Both the position numbers and the translations under genes were made by a program. The notes below the pieces were generated by a model that worked only from the letters and a program-made list of their open reading frames with translations, searched no databases and was not told where the DNA came from. A DNA stretch of 64,000 nt from Candidatus Poribacteria bacterium (GTDB lineage Bacteria; Poribacteria; WGA-4E; WGA-3G). The stretch covers positions 3,402,011 to 3,466,010 of the forward strand of contig OZ253447.1 in assembly GCA_965261115.1 (NCBI GenBank), written 5' to 3'. This document shows positions 56,847 through 64,000 of the stretch, piece after piece; position 1 is the stretch's first letter, and every line of letters begins with the position of its first letter.

Positions 56847-57908
56847 TTAGACCTCGCCATCCCAATAACTCAGACTTGGATCTTTACGGTAAATCTTTCC
56901 GACGACATAAGGCAACACTTTGTTAGAATCTGGGTATTCACTCACATCGTGTGGTGTAGTAGTTCCGAGAATGAAGAACACAACGGGCGCATCGGTATTA
57001 TTTACGAACTTATGCGCGCCGATGGTGCCGGGCGGAAACGCGATGAAATCCCCTTCCGTTACTTCCACATCGCCGCGTGGGGTTTTAAGCGTACAACTCC
57101 CTTCCATCACGTAGCACATCTCCTCACCGAAGTTGTGAAAATGCATCGGAAAACTCATCTTACCGGCTTGAAGACGGATAATACGGTATCCCAAATTCTT
57201 TCCACCGATGAGTGGGTCAATGTCTTTGTCCTCAAAATCATAGGGGGGTGGCGCGTTTTTATACTGCCATTCAATTTCGTCAATATGGATTCGGTTGATA
57301 TAGATATCGCGCCGTGCCTGTAGACAATCAAGGAGGTGTTGACGTGCATCCTTGAAGATGGAGTGTCCATCACCGACGAGGATCGTGTTGAAGCGGAGTG
57401 CTAAAATTTTGCGGAGTTCAAGTGCCGCTTTCGGAGGGTCGCTGAGTTTAGTATCAGCCAGTAAAGTCAATGCCCCCATCGGTTCGCCTACCACCAAATC
57501 CCCAAAGAGGACGGTCTGTTTTTCTGGAAAATAGAGTGCGATTTCACCCAGACTTTTCCCGTGGCTGAGATGGATCGCATGTAAGCCCGGCACAATCGCC
57601 TCACGGTCTTGAACTGTTCGGGTCGGTGTGATGTTCAATGCGTCGGCATCGGCTTCATGCACAATTACGTCAGCACCCGTCCATTCTTGAAAAATAGCGG
57701 CTTCGCGTTCGTGATCAGCATTCGTCAGCACAATGGACTTCGCGCCGCCGAGTGCTGTCAAGTGTTCCTGATCGGCATCGGACATCGGGACTGGATCTAT
57801 CAAAATGTTTCCGTCCGGACGCACCCACAAATGTCCGTTAAAATCTATCTGTCGCTCCGGACTAAAGACACTCCAACTGTACATATCTTCAAAAATCAGA
57901 CGTTTCAT
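56847..57908 (-). CDS. MBL-fold metallo-hydrolase fused to C-terminal cupin domain
   Basis: TNADHEREA..H..D pattern in the N-terminal half. Cupin-like C-terminal half (..GEEMCYVMEGS..GDFIAFPPG..H). Confidence 0.65.
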   Translation of the reverse strand: MKRLIFEDMYSWSVFSPERQIDFNGHLWVRPDGNILIDPVPMSDADQEHLTALGGAKSIVLTNADHEREAAIFQEWTGADVIVHEADADALNITPTRTVQDREAIVPGLHAIHLSHGKSLGEIALYFPEKQTVLFGDLVVGEPMGALTLLADTKLSDPPKAALELRKILALRFNTILVGDGHSIFKDARQHLLDCLQARRDIYINRIHIDEIEWQYKNAPPPYDFEDKDIDPLIGGKNLGYRIIRLQAGKMSFPMHFHNFGEEMCYVMEGSCTLKTPRGDVEVTEGDFIAFPPGTIGAHKFVNNTDAPVVFFILGTTTPHDVSEYPDSNKVLPYVVGKIYRKDPSLSYWDGEV

Positions 57909-58438
57909 TCTTGTTTTTCCTTCGAGACAAGTCCGTAGACCTCAAGTTCGTGTATGAAGGCTCTCCCTAACTTTATTTGCGGGACGATTGTGCCACGCCT
58001 CGGATCAAACCGATTGGCTGCTTTTTTATCATCGGTGGTGCCGCTGATGTAGATGCGGATGGCATCTGTCACAACAGCATTGACGCGCATTTTAATAACC
58101 GGACTTTCATTGTTCTGAATCTGCATAATTGCACGCCAACGTCCTTCACCTTCCATTTTCTCGTATATCATGGCGTTTATAATATTTGTCCCGTTGATGG
58201 TAATCCGATGAATCGCCTTTTGTGTAGGCAGATTTAGGTGAATCCACCTGCCATCAGCGTATCCTCTTGTCTTTAAATCGCCGTCTATCATTCCGGGTGA
58301 CGTACAGGTGACACCTTCCGTGACGGCGTAGTTGTACAGTTCCTGCGGTTCAAACACCATTTGCAGCACCTTGGATTGGCATCCTGAAAGGAGTACAATT
58401 GCAAGGAACATTATAGAAATAGAAAAGTAACGTCGCAT
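57905..58438 (-). CDS. lipoprotein of unknown function
   Basis: Signal peptide with lipobox LLSGC. ATGA overlap with the upstream gene. Confidence 0.55.
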   Translation of the reverse strand: MRRYFSISIMFLAIVLLSGCQSKVLQMVFEPQELYNYAVTEGVTCTSPGMIDGDLKTRGYADGRWIHLNLPTQKAIHRITINGTNIINAMIYEKMEGEGRWRAIMQIQNNESPVIKMRVNAVVTDAIRIYISGTTDDKKAANRFDPRRGTIVPQIKLGRAFIHELEVYGLVSKEKQE

Positions 58439-58835
58439 CTTTTCTTCCTCCTCTCTGTCTCCGCTTTTCAGGATATTATATCACATTTCCGATTTTCTTC
58501 TAAAGCGGAATTCTATAGGGCTATTTAGTTTTCGGTTTTTCGTCCAATTTTGGCCCCCCAGGACCGGTAGGTGCGTGTTTCTAACCGCACCGGATCTGTA
58601 ACAGAAAACATAAAACCCGAGAATTTCTTAAAACTAAATCACCCTGTGGAATTCTACGAAAAGTGTTGCTTTAAAACCGAACGCCACATATAATGCATTA
58701 TCTGTATTCAGAAGGACTTACGCATTTTTCTATGATAACTATGTATTACGCACTGCAGGGTTTTTGCTTGGGTATTTCTTCGAGGGTTTTAAACCCCGCC
58801 TGCAAGGGGGCTGCGTAAGTCCTATTCAGACTCAA

Positions 58836-59063
58836 GTTTGGACAATTCTTATACCGTGAGCATTGAGTTTCCAAAGGAGTGCCTATTTTTCGCTAAGTTT
58901 CTCATGTTCACGGAACTCGTCCAAAAATCCCTCACTCCGTAAGAGTATAATGTCTATAAAAAACGGGCCCCGCGGCACCCCTCACTCCGTAGGAGTGCTA
59001 TGTGTTTTTCGTTGGGAGCGGGTTTCAAATTTCTCCACTGAAAATTGTCCAAAGTTTAGTATA
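58836..59063. repeat. MITE-like segment bracketed by IS4-type IR-like sequences, containing hairpin-repeat cluster 2
   Basis: AAGTTTGGACAATTC (58836-58850) and AATTGTCCAAAGTTTAG (59043-59059) resemble the termini of the adjacent IS. Interior 58930-58997 carries CACTCC-GTA-RGAGTG hairpins. Confidence 0.4.
58930..58997. repeat. hairpin-repeat cluster 2 (CACTCCGTAAGAGT.. and CACTCCGTAGGAGTG + CTATGTGT tail)
   Basis: Perfect palindrome at 58983-58997. Degenerate copy at 58932-58950 followed by ATAATGTCTATAAA. Confidence 0.55.
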
Positions 59064-59067
59064 TAAA

Positions 59068-60468
59068 CTAAAGTTTGGACGATATTGTAAAGTTTATGCT
59101 GCCTTGTCGAAAGGCAGGGGCGTATCGGGTTGAAAATCGGTGCTAATATTCTGCGAGTTTGTTTTTCGCTTGAACTTGGCAGAAAATGATGCCACCGCCA
59201 TTTGCGAGCGGAGATAAGCCACCCGTAAGCCTTGTGTAAGTTTTTCAGGACGATACCAATGAATGTTGAGATGTTCACAGACCTTCTCAACACTTATCTC
59301 TTTGCACATAACAGTGCGCGTCGTGAATACCAACTTCGTCAGACTTGCTGCAACGAAACTCAGTTGGACGAACCGGTTGATGCTTTTCCGAGATTTCAAG
59401 CGATAGGCATCGAAACCGAAGTGCTGTTTGACGTCCCGAAAAGCTGTTTCTATTTGCCACCTTTGTCGATAATACGCAACGATCTTCGGTATCTCAAGCG
59501 TCAAGTCTGTTGTAAAGACGCAGAAATACCGATACGGTTTTGAGGCTTTCGGACGGTTGCGGATGACGACGATCCGAACCTGTGCGTCACACATTTTCGT
59601 CCGCACAACTTTTGAGGCGATTGAATAACTTTTTGCGTCTATGTCTATCGTCTCATACCGCAACCTGCGAATATCAAGCCGGTCTCCGTATTTCCGGGGT
59701 CTCCCGCGTTGCCGGCGTTTCGGTTGCTTCGGTAAACGATAGAAGACGGCATTAGATTTGGCGCGACATAAAATATGATGTCCAAAACTCAGTGCCATTG
59801 TAAAGACTTTTCGCCGTGCGAAGCCACGATCAAAGATGATAAGTCCCGGGAGGATCTTTGAACAGATGCGCTTTAGAACCGCTTGACTCTTATCGCGAAT
59901 CGTCTGTGGAACAATGAGTTTCACCCATACTGGGAAAAACTGCCACTCCGTGGGTGTCGGACACAGCAAACCGAGTGCGCCAAACTCGTGTCCGAAGTGA
60001 AACTTTGATTGATTCACGCGATGCTTTTGATAACCGCAGTTGCGAAAAAAATGTAAACCCCATTGGGTTTTGCCAGTCTTCAAGGCTTTGGTTTCGTCAT
60101 AGACATAAACCCAATCCTCAAAGACATCTTGGAGGCGTTTGATGAGCCGTGCAGCAACGGCATCCGCATTCCATCGCCCCCGGGAAAGGAACTTCGGAAA
60201 TGACCAATACTTCGTTTCTGAAGCACTACATTGATAAAGATCCGTCAGCGTTCCACTGCCTCTATTGGCGATGAATCCGAAGATAAACGCTTCAAAGAGT
60301 GCGAAGTTTTGTTGATTGAATAAAAGTCGAAAATCCGATAGAATATCTCCTAAGCAGAAAAGGAGGTTCATTTTTACGTTCCTTTCAAAACAGTGGTATG
60401 TTTTTATGAAAGGATACCTACTTTTCTGCTTTTTCGCATTATAATTCTAAAAATTGTCCAAACTATAG
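59068..60468 (-). mobile_element. IS4-family insertion sequence (approximate ends)
   Basis: Terminal inverted repeats ACTAAAGTTTGGACGATATT (59073-59092) and AATTGTCCAAACTATAGT (60451-60468) flank a DDE transposase gene. Confidence 0.7.
59094..60371 (-). CDS. IS4-family DDE transposase
   Basis: 425 aa. YRQRWQIETAFRDVKQHFG C-terminal signature of IS4/IS701-group transposases. Confidence 0.85.
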   Translation of the reverse strand: MNLLFCLGDILSDFRLLFNQQNFALFEAFIFGFIANRGSGTLTDLYQCSASETKYWSFPKFLSRGRWNADAVAARLIKRLQDVFEDWVYVYDETKALKTGKTQWGLHFFRNCGYQKHRVNQSKFHFGHEFGALGLLCPTPTEWQFFPVWVKLIVPQTIRDKSQAVLKRICSKILPGLIIFDRGFARRKVFTMALSFGHHILCRAKSNAVFYRLPKQPKRRQRGRPRKYGDRLDIRRLRYETIDIDAKSYSIASKVVRTKMCDAQVRIVVIRNRPKASKPYRYFCVFTTDLTLEIPKIVAYYRQRWQIETAFRDVKQHFGFDAYRLKSRKSINRFVQLSFVAASLTKLVFTTRTVMCKEISVEKVCEHLNIHWYRPEKLTQGLRVAYLRSQMAVASFSAKFKRKTNSQNISTDFQPDTPLPFDKAA

Positions 60469-60493
60469 TATTCAGAAGGAGAAGGAGAAAAAT

Positions 60494-61531
60494 ATGTACA
60501 AAAGTGCGATTTTAGGGTGTCGGGGACGTGCGCGCGGGCACGCCCGTGCCTACGAACACGTCAAAGGCGGGAAACTGTCCGCTATCTGTGATATGAAGGA
60601 AGATCTGCTTAACGATTTCGGGGACGAATTCGGGATTGATGCCCGCTACACTGATCTTGATGAGATGCTCTCCAAAGAGAAACCGGATCTGCTACACATC
60701 GTTACCGCACCTGTGCTACGCGGCAGCAATGAACGTATCCGCTACCCGCTGATGAACCAAGCCTCTGAACACGGTGTGCCTGCAGCAATCGTCGAAAAAC
60801 CGATCGCCGTTGAAAGCGAAGACTGGCGGCAAATCTCCGAGCTTGCAGAACGCACTAAAACCAAATTCGTCGTCAACACACAACTCAATTTCCATCCGGA
60901 GAACCTCACACTCAAGCAGGATGTCGCTGAAGGCAAAATCGGTGCGATCAAATTTATTGAGGCAAGCGCGCGTAACCCACCCGTAGACCAAGCACCGCAC
61001 GTCCTACAACTCGTGTCCTCTTATATCGATAACTCGCGACCCGCAAAGGTACATGGACAAATATCAGGCGCAGGGCAGCTGGATTCTGCACAACCTTCAC
61101 CCGCAAACGCCACAGCACTTGTGACTTACGCAAACGGCGTGCAAGCCTCGGTCGCATTCGGTCCCGAAATGGCGCCACGTGTACTCCCGGATACCGGAAA
61201 CAACCGACACAAACGCGTCTGCGTGTTCGGTGAAACAGGATTCGTCCACTGGCGATTTGAAAGTTGGGAACGGAATCTACCCGGCAGCGGTTATGAAGGT
61301 GGGGACATGAGCTACGGCGGACAAGATGTCATCGCCCAAGGCGGACTCACCGATGCTGTGTTTGAATGGCTTGATGATGAAAGCAAAGTCCATCCGACGC
61401 ATCTCAAGCAATCTCTCGCCGAATTCAACCTGCTTTTGGGAATTTATTATAGCGGTCTGACAAACACCGTCGTCGAATTACCGTTTGATCCACCTGATGG
61501 CATGATGGATATGTTCAGAGAACGGCTTTAA
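60494..61531 (+). CDS. Gfo/Idh/MocA-family oxidoreductase
   Basis: N-terminal Rossmann ILGCRGRARGHARAY. EKP motif (VEKPIAV). Confidence 0.85.
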   Translation: MYKSAILGCRGRARGHARAYEHVKGGKLSAICDMKEDLLNDFGDEFGIDARYTDLDEMLSKEKPDLLHIVTAPVLRGSNERIRYPLMNQASEHGVPAAIVEKPIAVESEDWRQISELAERTKTKFVVNTQLNFHPENLTLKQDVAEGKIGAIKFIEASARNPPVDQAPHVLQLVSSYIDNSRPAKVHGQISGAGQLDSAQPSPANATALVTYANGVQASVAFGPEMAPRVLPDTGNNRHKRVCVFGETGFVHWRFESWERNLPGSGYEGGDMSYGGQDVIAQGGLTDAVFEWLDDESKVHPTHLKQSLAEFNLLLGIYYSGLTNTVVELPFDPPDGMMDMFRERL

Positions 61532-61608
61532 AGGTAGTAGGCACGCGCCGTGTGCCGTCCACTGTTTTCTTCGGATGCCTTTCACGTGTCCTAAAACGGA
61601 TAACCCTC

Positions 61609-62760
61609 ATGAACAATATCATCTACATGGACAACCATGCCACAACGCCGATTGCGCCTGAAGTGTTAGAGACGATGATGCCTTATCTAACGACGCATTT
61701 CGGGAACGCTTCCAGCACGCACCCATTTGGCATCACCGCGAAGGATGCTGTGGAAAAAGCACGCTACCAAGTCGCCGACTTGCTCGGTTGTTCAGTAGAA
61801 GAGATTATCTTCACGAGTGGCGCGACGGAATCGGACAATCTTGCCATCAGAGGGATCGCTTACGCTTGTCGCGAAAAGGGAAACCACATCATCACAAGCA
61901 CCGCAGAGCATCACGCGATCCTTGATGCATGCCACGCTTTGGAAACAGAAGGATTTGAGACCACATACCTTCCAGTGGACACGTATGGAAGGGTGAGTCC
62001 TGACGATGTAGAAGCTGCTATTACGCCGAAAACCGTTCTGATGAGTTTCATGTATGCGAATAACGAAGTGGGTACGATAAATCCGATCACCGATATTGCC
62101 ACTGTTGCTGCTAAACACGGTGTGCTTTTCCACTCGGATGCGGTGCAGGGGATCGGGCAGCTGCCTTCAAATATGGAGATGCTCGGTGTAGATCTCGCTT
62201 CTCTGACGGCGCACAAAATTTACGGTCCGAAGGGGATCGGCGCGCTTTATATCCGTCGGGATACCTCTCAACCCCATTCGCTTTTCCACGGCGGTGGGCA
62301 GGAAGCAGGGGTTCGCCCGGGGACTTTGAACGTCGCCGGGATTGTCGGCTTAGGTGCGGCGTGTGAACGCTCTAAAAATTACATGGAGTCGGCGAAAAAT
62401 CGCGTCGCAAATTTACGCGACGCGCTGCATCAGAAGTTAAACGCGTGTTTGGCGGAGCTTCATCTCAATGGACATCCTGAACAGCGACTACCGGGCAATC
62501 TGAATCTCTGTTTTGCGGGTGTGCAAAGCCACGCTCTACTGACGGGACTTAAGAGTGTCGCGGTTTCCACGGGGTCGGCATGCGATTCTGAATCGGTGAA
62601 GGCATCGCATGTCTTGGTTGCAATGGGGGTTCCGAATGAACTGGCATTGACTGCCGTCCGTTTCGGTTTAGGACGCTACAACACAGCGGAGGAGGTTGAC
62701 ATCGTCGCTGATGAAGTCGTAAAGGTCGTTAATCGGTTGCGAGCATTGGCACCTGAATAG
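61609..62760 (+). CDS. cysteine desulfurase (NifS/IscS family)
   Basis: IYMDNHATTP N-terminus. PLP lysine HKIYGPKGIGALYIR. Active-site SGSACDS. Start at the internal ATG at 61609. Confidence 0.85.
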   Translation: MNNIIYMDNHATTPIAPEVLETMMPYLTTHFGNASSTHPFGITAKDAVEKARYQVADLLGCSVEEIIFTSGATESDNLAIRGIAYACREKGNHIITSTAEHHAILDACHALETEGFETTYLPVDTYGRVSPDDVEAAITPKTVLMSFMYANNEVGTINPITDIATVAAKHGVLFHSDAVQGIGQLPSNMEMLGVDLASLTAHKIYGPKGIGALYIRRDTSQPHSLFHGGGQEAGVRPGTLNVAGIVGLGAACERSKNYMESAKNRVANLRDALHQKLNACLAELHLNGHPEQRLPGNLNLCFAGVQSHALLTGLKSVAVSTGSACDSESVKASHVLVAMGVPNELALTAVRFGLGRYNTAEEVDIVADEVVKVVNRLRALAPE

Positions 62761-62767
62761 TAATATT

Positions 62768-62998
62768 TTAAGTCCGTTGCTCCGCTTTCGGGTGATTTTG
62801 GGCTGCATGTTTGGCAATCAATTCACGCACCGCTGGCACCAATTCTATGGGCACTTCTATCAGCATGCTGGGTTCGTCCTCAAATGCCGCTTCATCTTCG
62901 ACAACAGCTTCATCCTCCGTCTGTTGCTCGTAGTGGGCAATAACGCTCTGGACACGTTCTTCATCCCAACCAGGGGGAAATTCATTCTGTTTTTTCAT
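62768..62998 (-). CDS. small acidic hypothetical protein
   Basis: 76-aa ORF. The opposite-strand ORF over the same region has implausible composition. Confidence 0.4.
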   Translation of the reverse strand: MKKQNEFPPGWDEERVQSVIAHYEQQTEDEAVVEDEAAFEDEPSMLIEVPIELVPAVRELIAKHAAQNHPKAEQRT

Positions 62999-63117
62999 CG
63001 TCTGCCTTTCCTTCGTCGTCGCCGACGGTATGCTGTCAAAGGTTTTCCGCTCAATTGCTACCTAACTATTTAATTGATAATTGAAATAAAATTATAGCAT
63101 AGATTAGATTCAATTGC

Positions 63118-63285
63118 CAAGTGTTTTTGCTTAGGGGTCAGAGCCATTCAATTCTCTGAAAAAACCATTAGATCCTGAATCAGTTTCGGATAGCGAATAT
63201 CTTAAAATCCGCGTCCTCCGCGTCCTCCGCGTCCTCCGTGATTCAGACAATTTAACAATTGAATGGTTCTGCTTAGGGGGTTCTT
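63118..63285. repeat. inverted repeat (TGCTTAGGGGTCAGAGCCATTCAATTC / GAATTGAATGGTTCTGCTTAGGGGG) enclosing a (CCGCGTCCT)x3 tandem
   Basis: Direct reading of the sequence. Intergenic position. Confidence 0.4.
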
Positions 63286-63358
63286 ATCGCTCGCGATCTT
63301 TTGAAAAAACGTTAACACCTATAAACGAAAACCAAAGTCAAAACCGAAAACTAAATCG

Positions 63359-63631
63359 GGGTGTGTAAAGTTTTTGACAGCATATTGATTTTTTCAAAGC
63401 GGACAGGTTTGCGGACATAGCACTCCGCTGGAGTGCGAGAGAAGCGAGCTATCGGTTTCTATAGATATATTGCTCCGCTGGAGCAAAGAGAGTTCTCGGA
63501 GGCCGGTTTCTCCTCACGCCAGAGGCGTGATATATCTATAGGGGTAGAAGTCAGCGATAAATGCACTCCAGCGGAGTGCTATGTCTTGGATCACTCCGAT
63601 ATGGTAACGTTGCCAGAATATTTACACACCC
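63359..63631. mobile_element. 273-bp MITE-like element with 11-bp TIRs (GGGGTGTGTAAA / TTTACACACCC) and 9-bp flanking direct repeat ACTAAATCG, carrying hairpin-repeat cluster 3
   Basis: TIRs at 63359-63370 and 63621-63631. Identical 9-mers at 63350-63358 and 63632-63640. Interior holds four covarying palindromes (63421-63435, 63471-63484 inverted, 63515-63529, 63563-63579). Confidence 0.6.
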
Positions 63632-63878
63632 ACTAAATCGTCCTGGTATAATTTGCTTTTCCCCTGAAAGTATACTATAATTTATAGTTACTATAGGTTT
63701 TTTTATTTTTTATTTGAAAAAAAATAAGATTTGACCTATTATAACTGGATAAGTGTGTCAATTGCTACGCGATGCGCAGTGCGAAGCGGATATCAAACAT
63801 TTGTCCTACAGGTTAACGGTTGACTACGGTTTATTCTCAAACTCACGTTTCTAATCACACTAAACTTGGAGAAGAGTG

Positions 63879-64000
63879 ATGAAGAAAATTAAGAATGTGC
63901 CAGCCGTGGAAAGAATCAATAACTTTCTCACCAAAGCCGGTGAGAGCTGGACGACAACCCTGCTGGCTATGCTCCTCATCTGTGGAGGGATAATTGGCTG
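63879..64000 (+). CDS. hypothetical protein, N-terminal fragment (continues past window end)
   Basis: ATG at 63879 with an upstream GGAG. The ORF is open to the window edge. A hydrophobic segment near the end suggests a membrane or secreted protein. Confidence 0.4.
   Translation, partial: MKKIKNVPAVERINNFLTKAGESWTTTLLAMLLICGGIIG

Noticed and set aside
62777-63073. 98-aa plus-strand ORF overlapping the small acidic minus-strand gene
   Set aside because: The amino-acid composition (FRVILGCMFGNQF…RRRRRY) looks non-native. The minus-strand 76-aa product is more protein-like.
63433-63636. 67-aa ORF across the MITE interior
   Set aside because: It is composed entirely of the palindromic repeat units. 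Coding is implausible.

Overview
This 64-kb window reads as a bacterial chromosomal segment from an uncultured heterotroph. The gene content, judged by eye, resembles glycan and sulfated-polymer degrading marine or symbiont lineages. That content includes three formylglycine-type sulfatases, six PhyH-like Fe/2OG dioxygenase genes, three enolase-superfamily sugar-acid dehydratases, and secreted proteins carrying dockerin repeats and a T9SS-like C-terminal domain. Housekeeping genes sit among accessory genes. The housekeeping set includes tRNA-Leu(CAG), HU behind a consensus sigma70 promoter, asd, mtnK, a DnaJ-class chaperone, an aspartate aminotransferase, UDP-sugar dehydrogenase, MoxR and NifS. 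Mobile DNA comprises an IS200/IS605 copy with intact TnpA and a degraded TnpB, a solo full-length TnpB element with left-end hairpins and a presumptive omega-RNA region, an IS4-family IS, and a frameshifted Rpn/DUF4351 nuclease gene. The most unusual features are five. (1) A family of short hairpin repeats, a 6-7 bp stem that varies by compensatory changes followed by a conserved TATGTCTATA-like tail, clustered at three intergenic sites; one cluster lies inside a 273-bp MITE with 11-bp TIRs and a 9-bp target duplication. (2) A second repeat family made of inverted tandem heptads (ATCAGCN)n..(CTGACNG)n between co-oriented genes. (3) A sigma54 enhancer-binding protein with an N-terminal Rieske [2Fe-2S] domain (Rieske-GAF-PAS-AAA-HTH). 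It is frameshifted inside its Walker A motif. It sits divergent from a perfect -24/-12 promoter with upstream palindromic enhancer-like sites that drive a cupin-VOC operon. (4) A T5orf172(GIY-YIG-like)/DUF2971 islet that may be a defense module. (5) An operon that couples a secreted dockerin-bearing PHM/DBH-like copper monooxygenase with a BNR sialidase-like protein and a sugar-acid dehydratase. All calls rest on motif recognition by eye. No database search was run.
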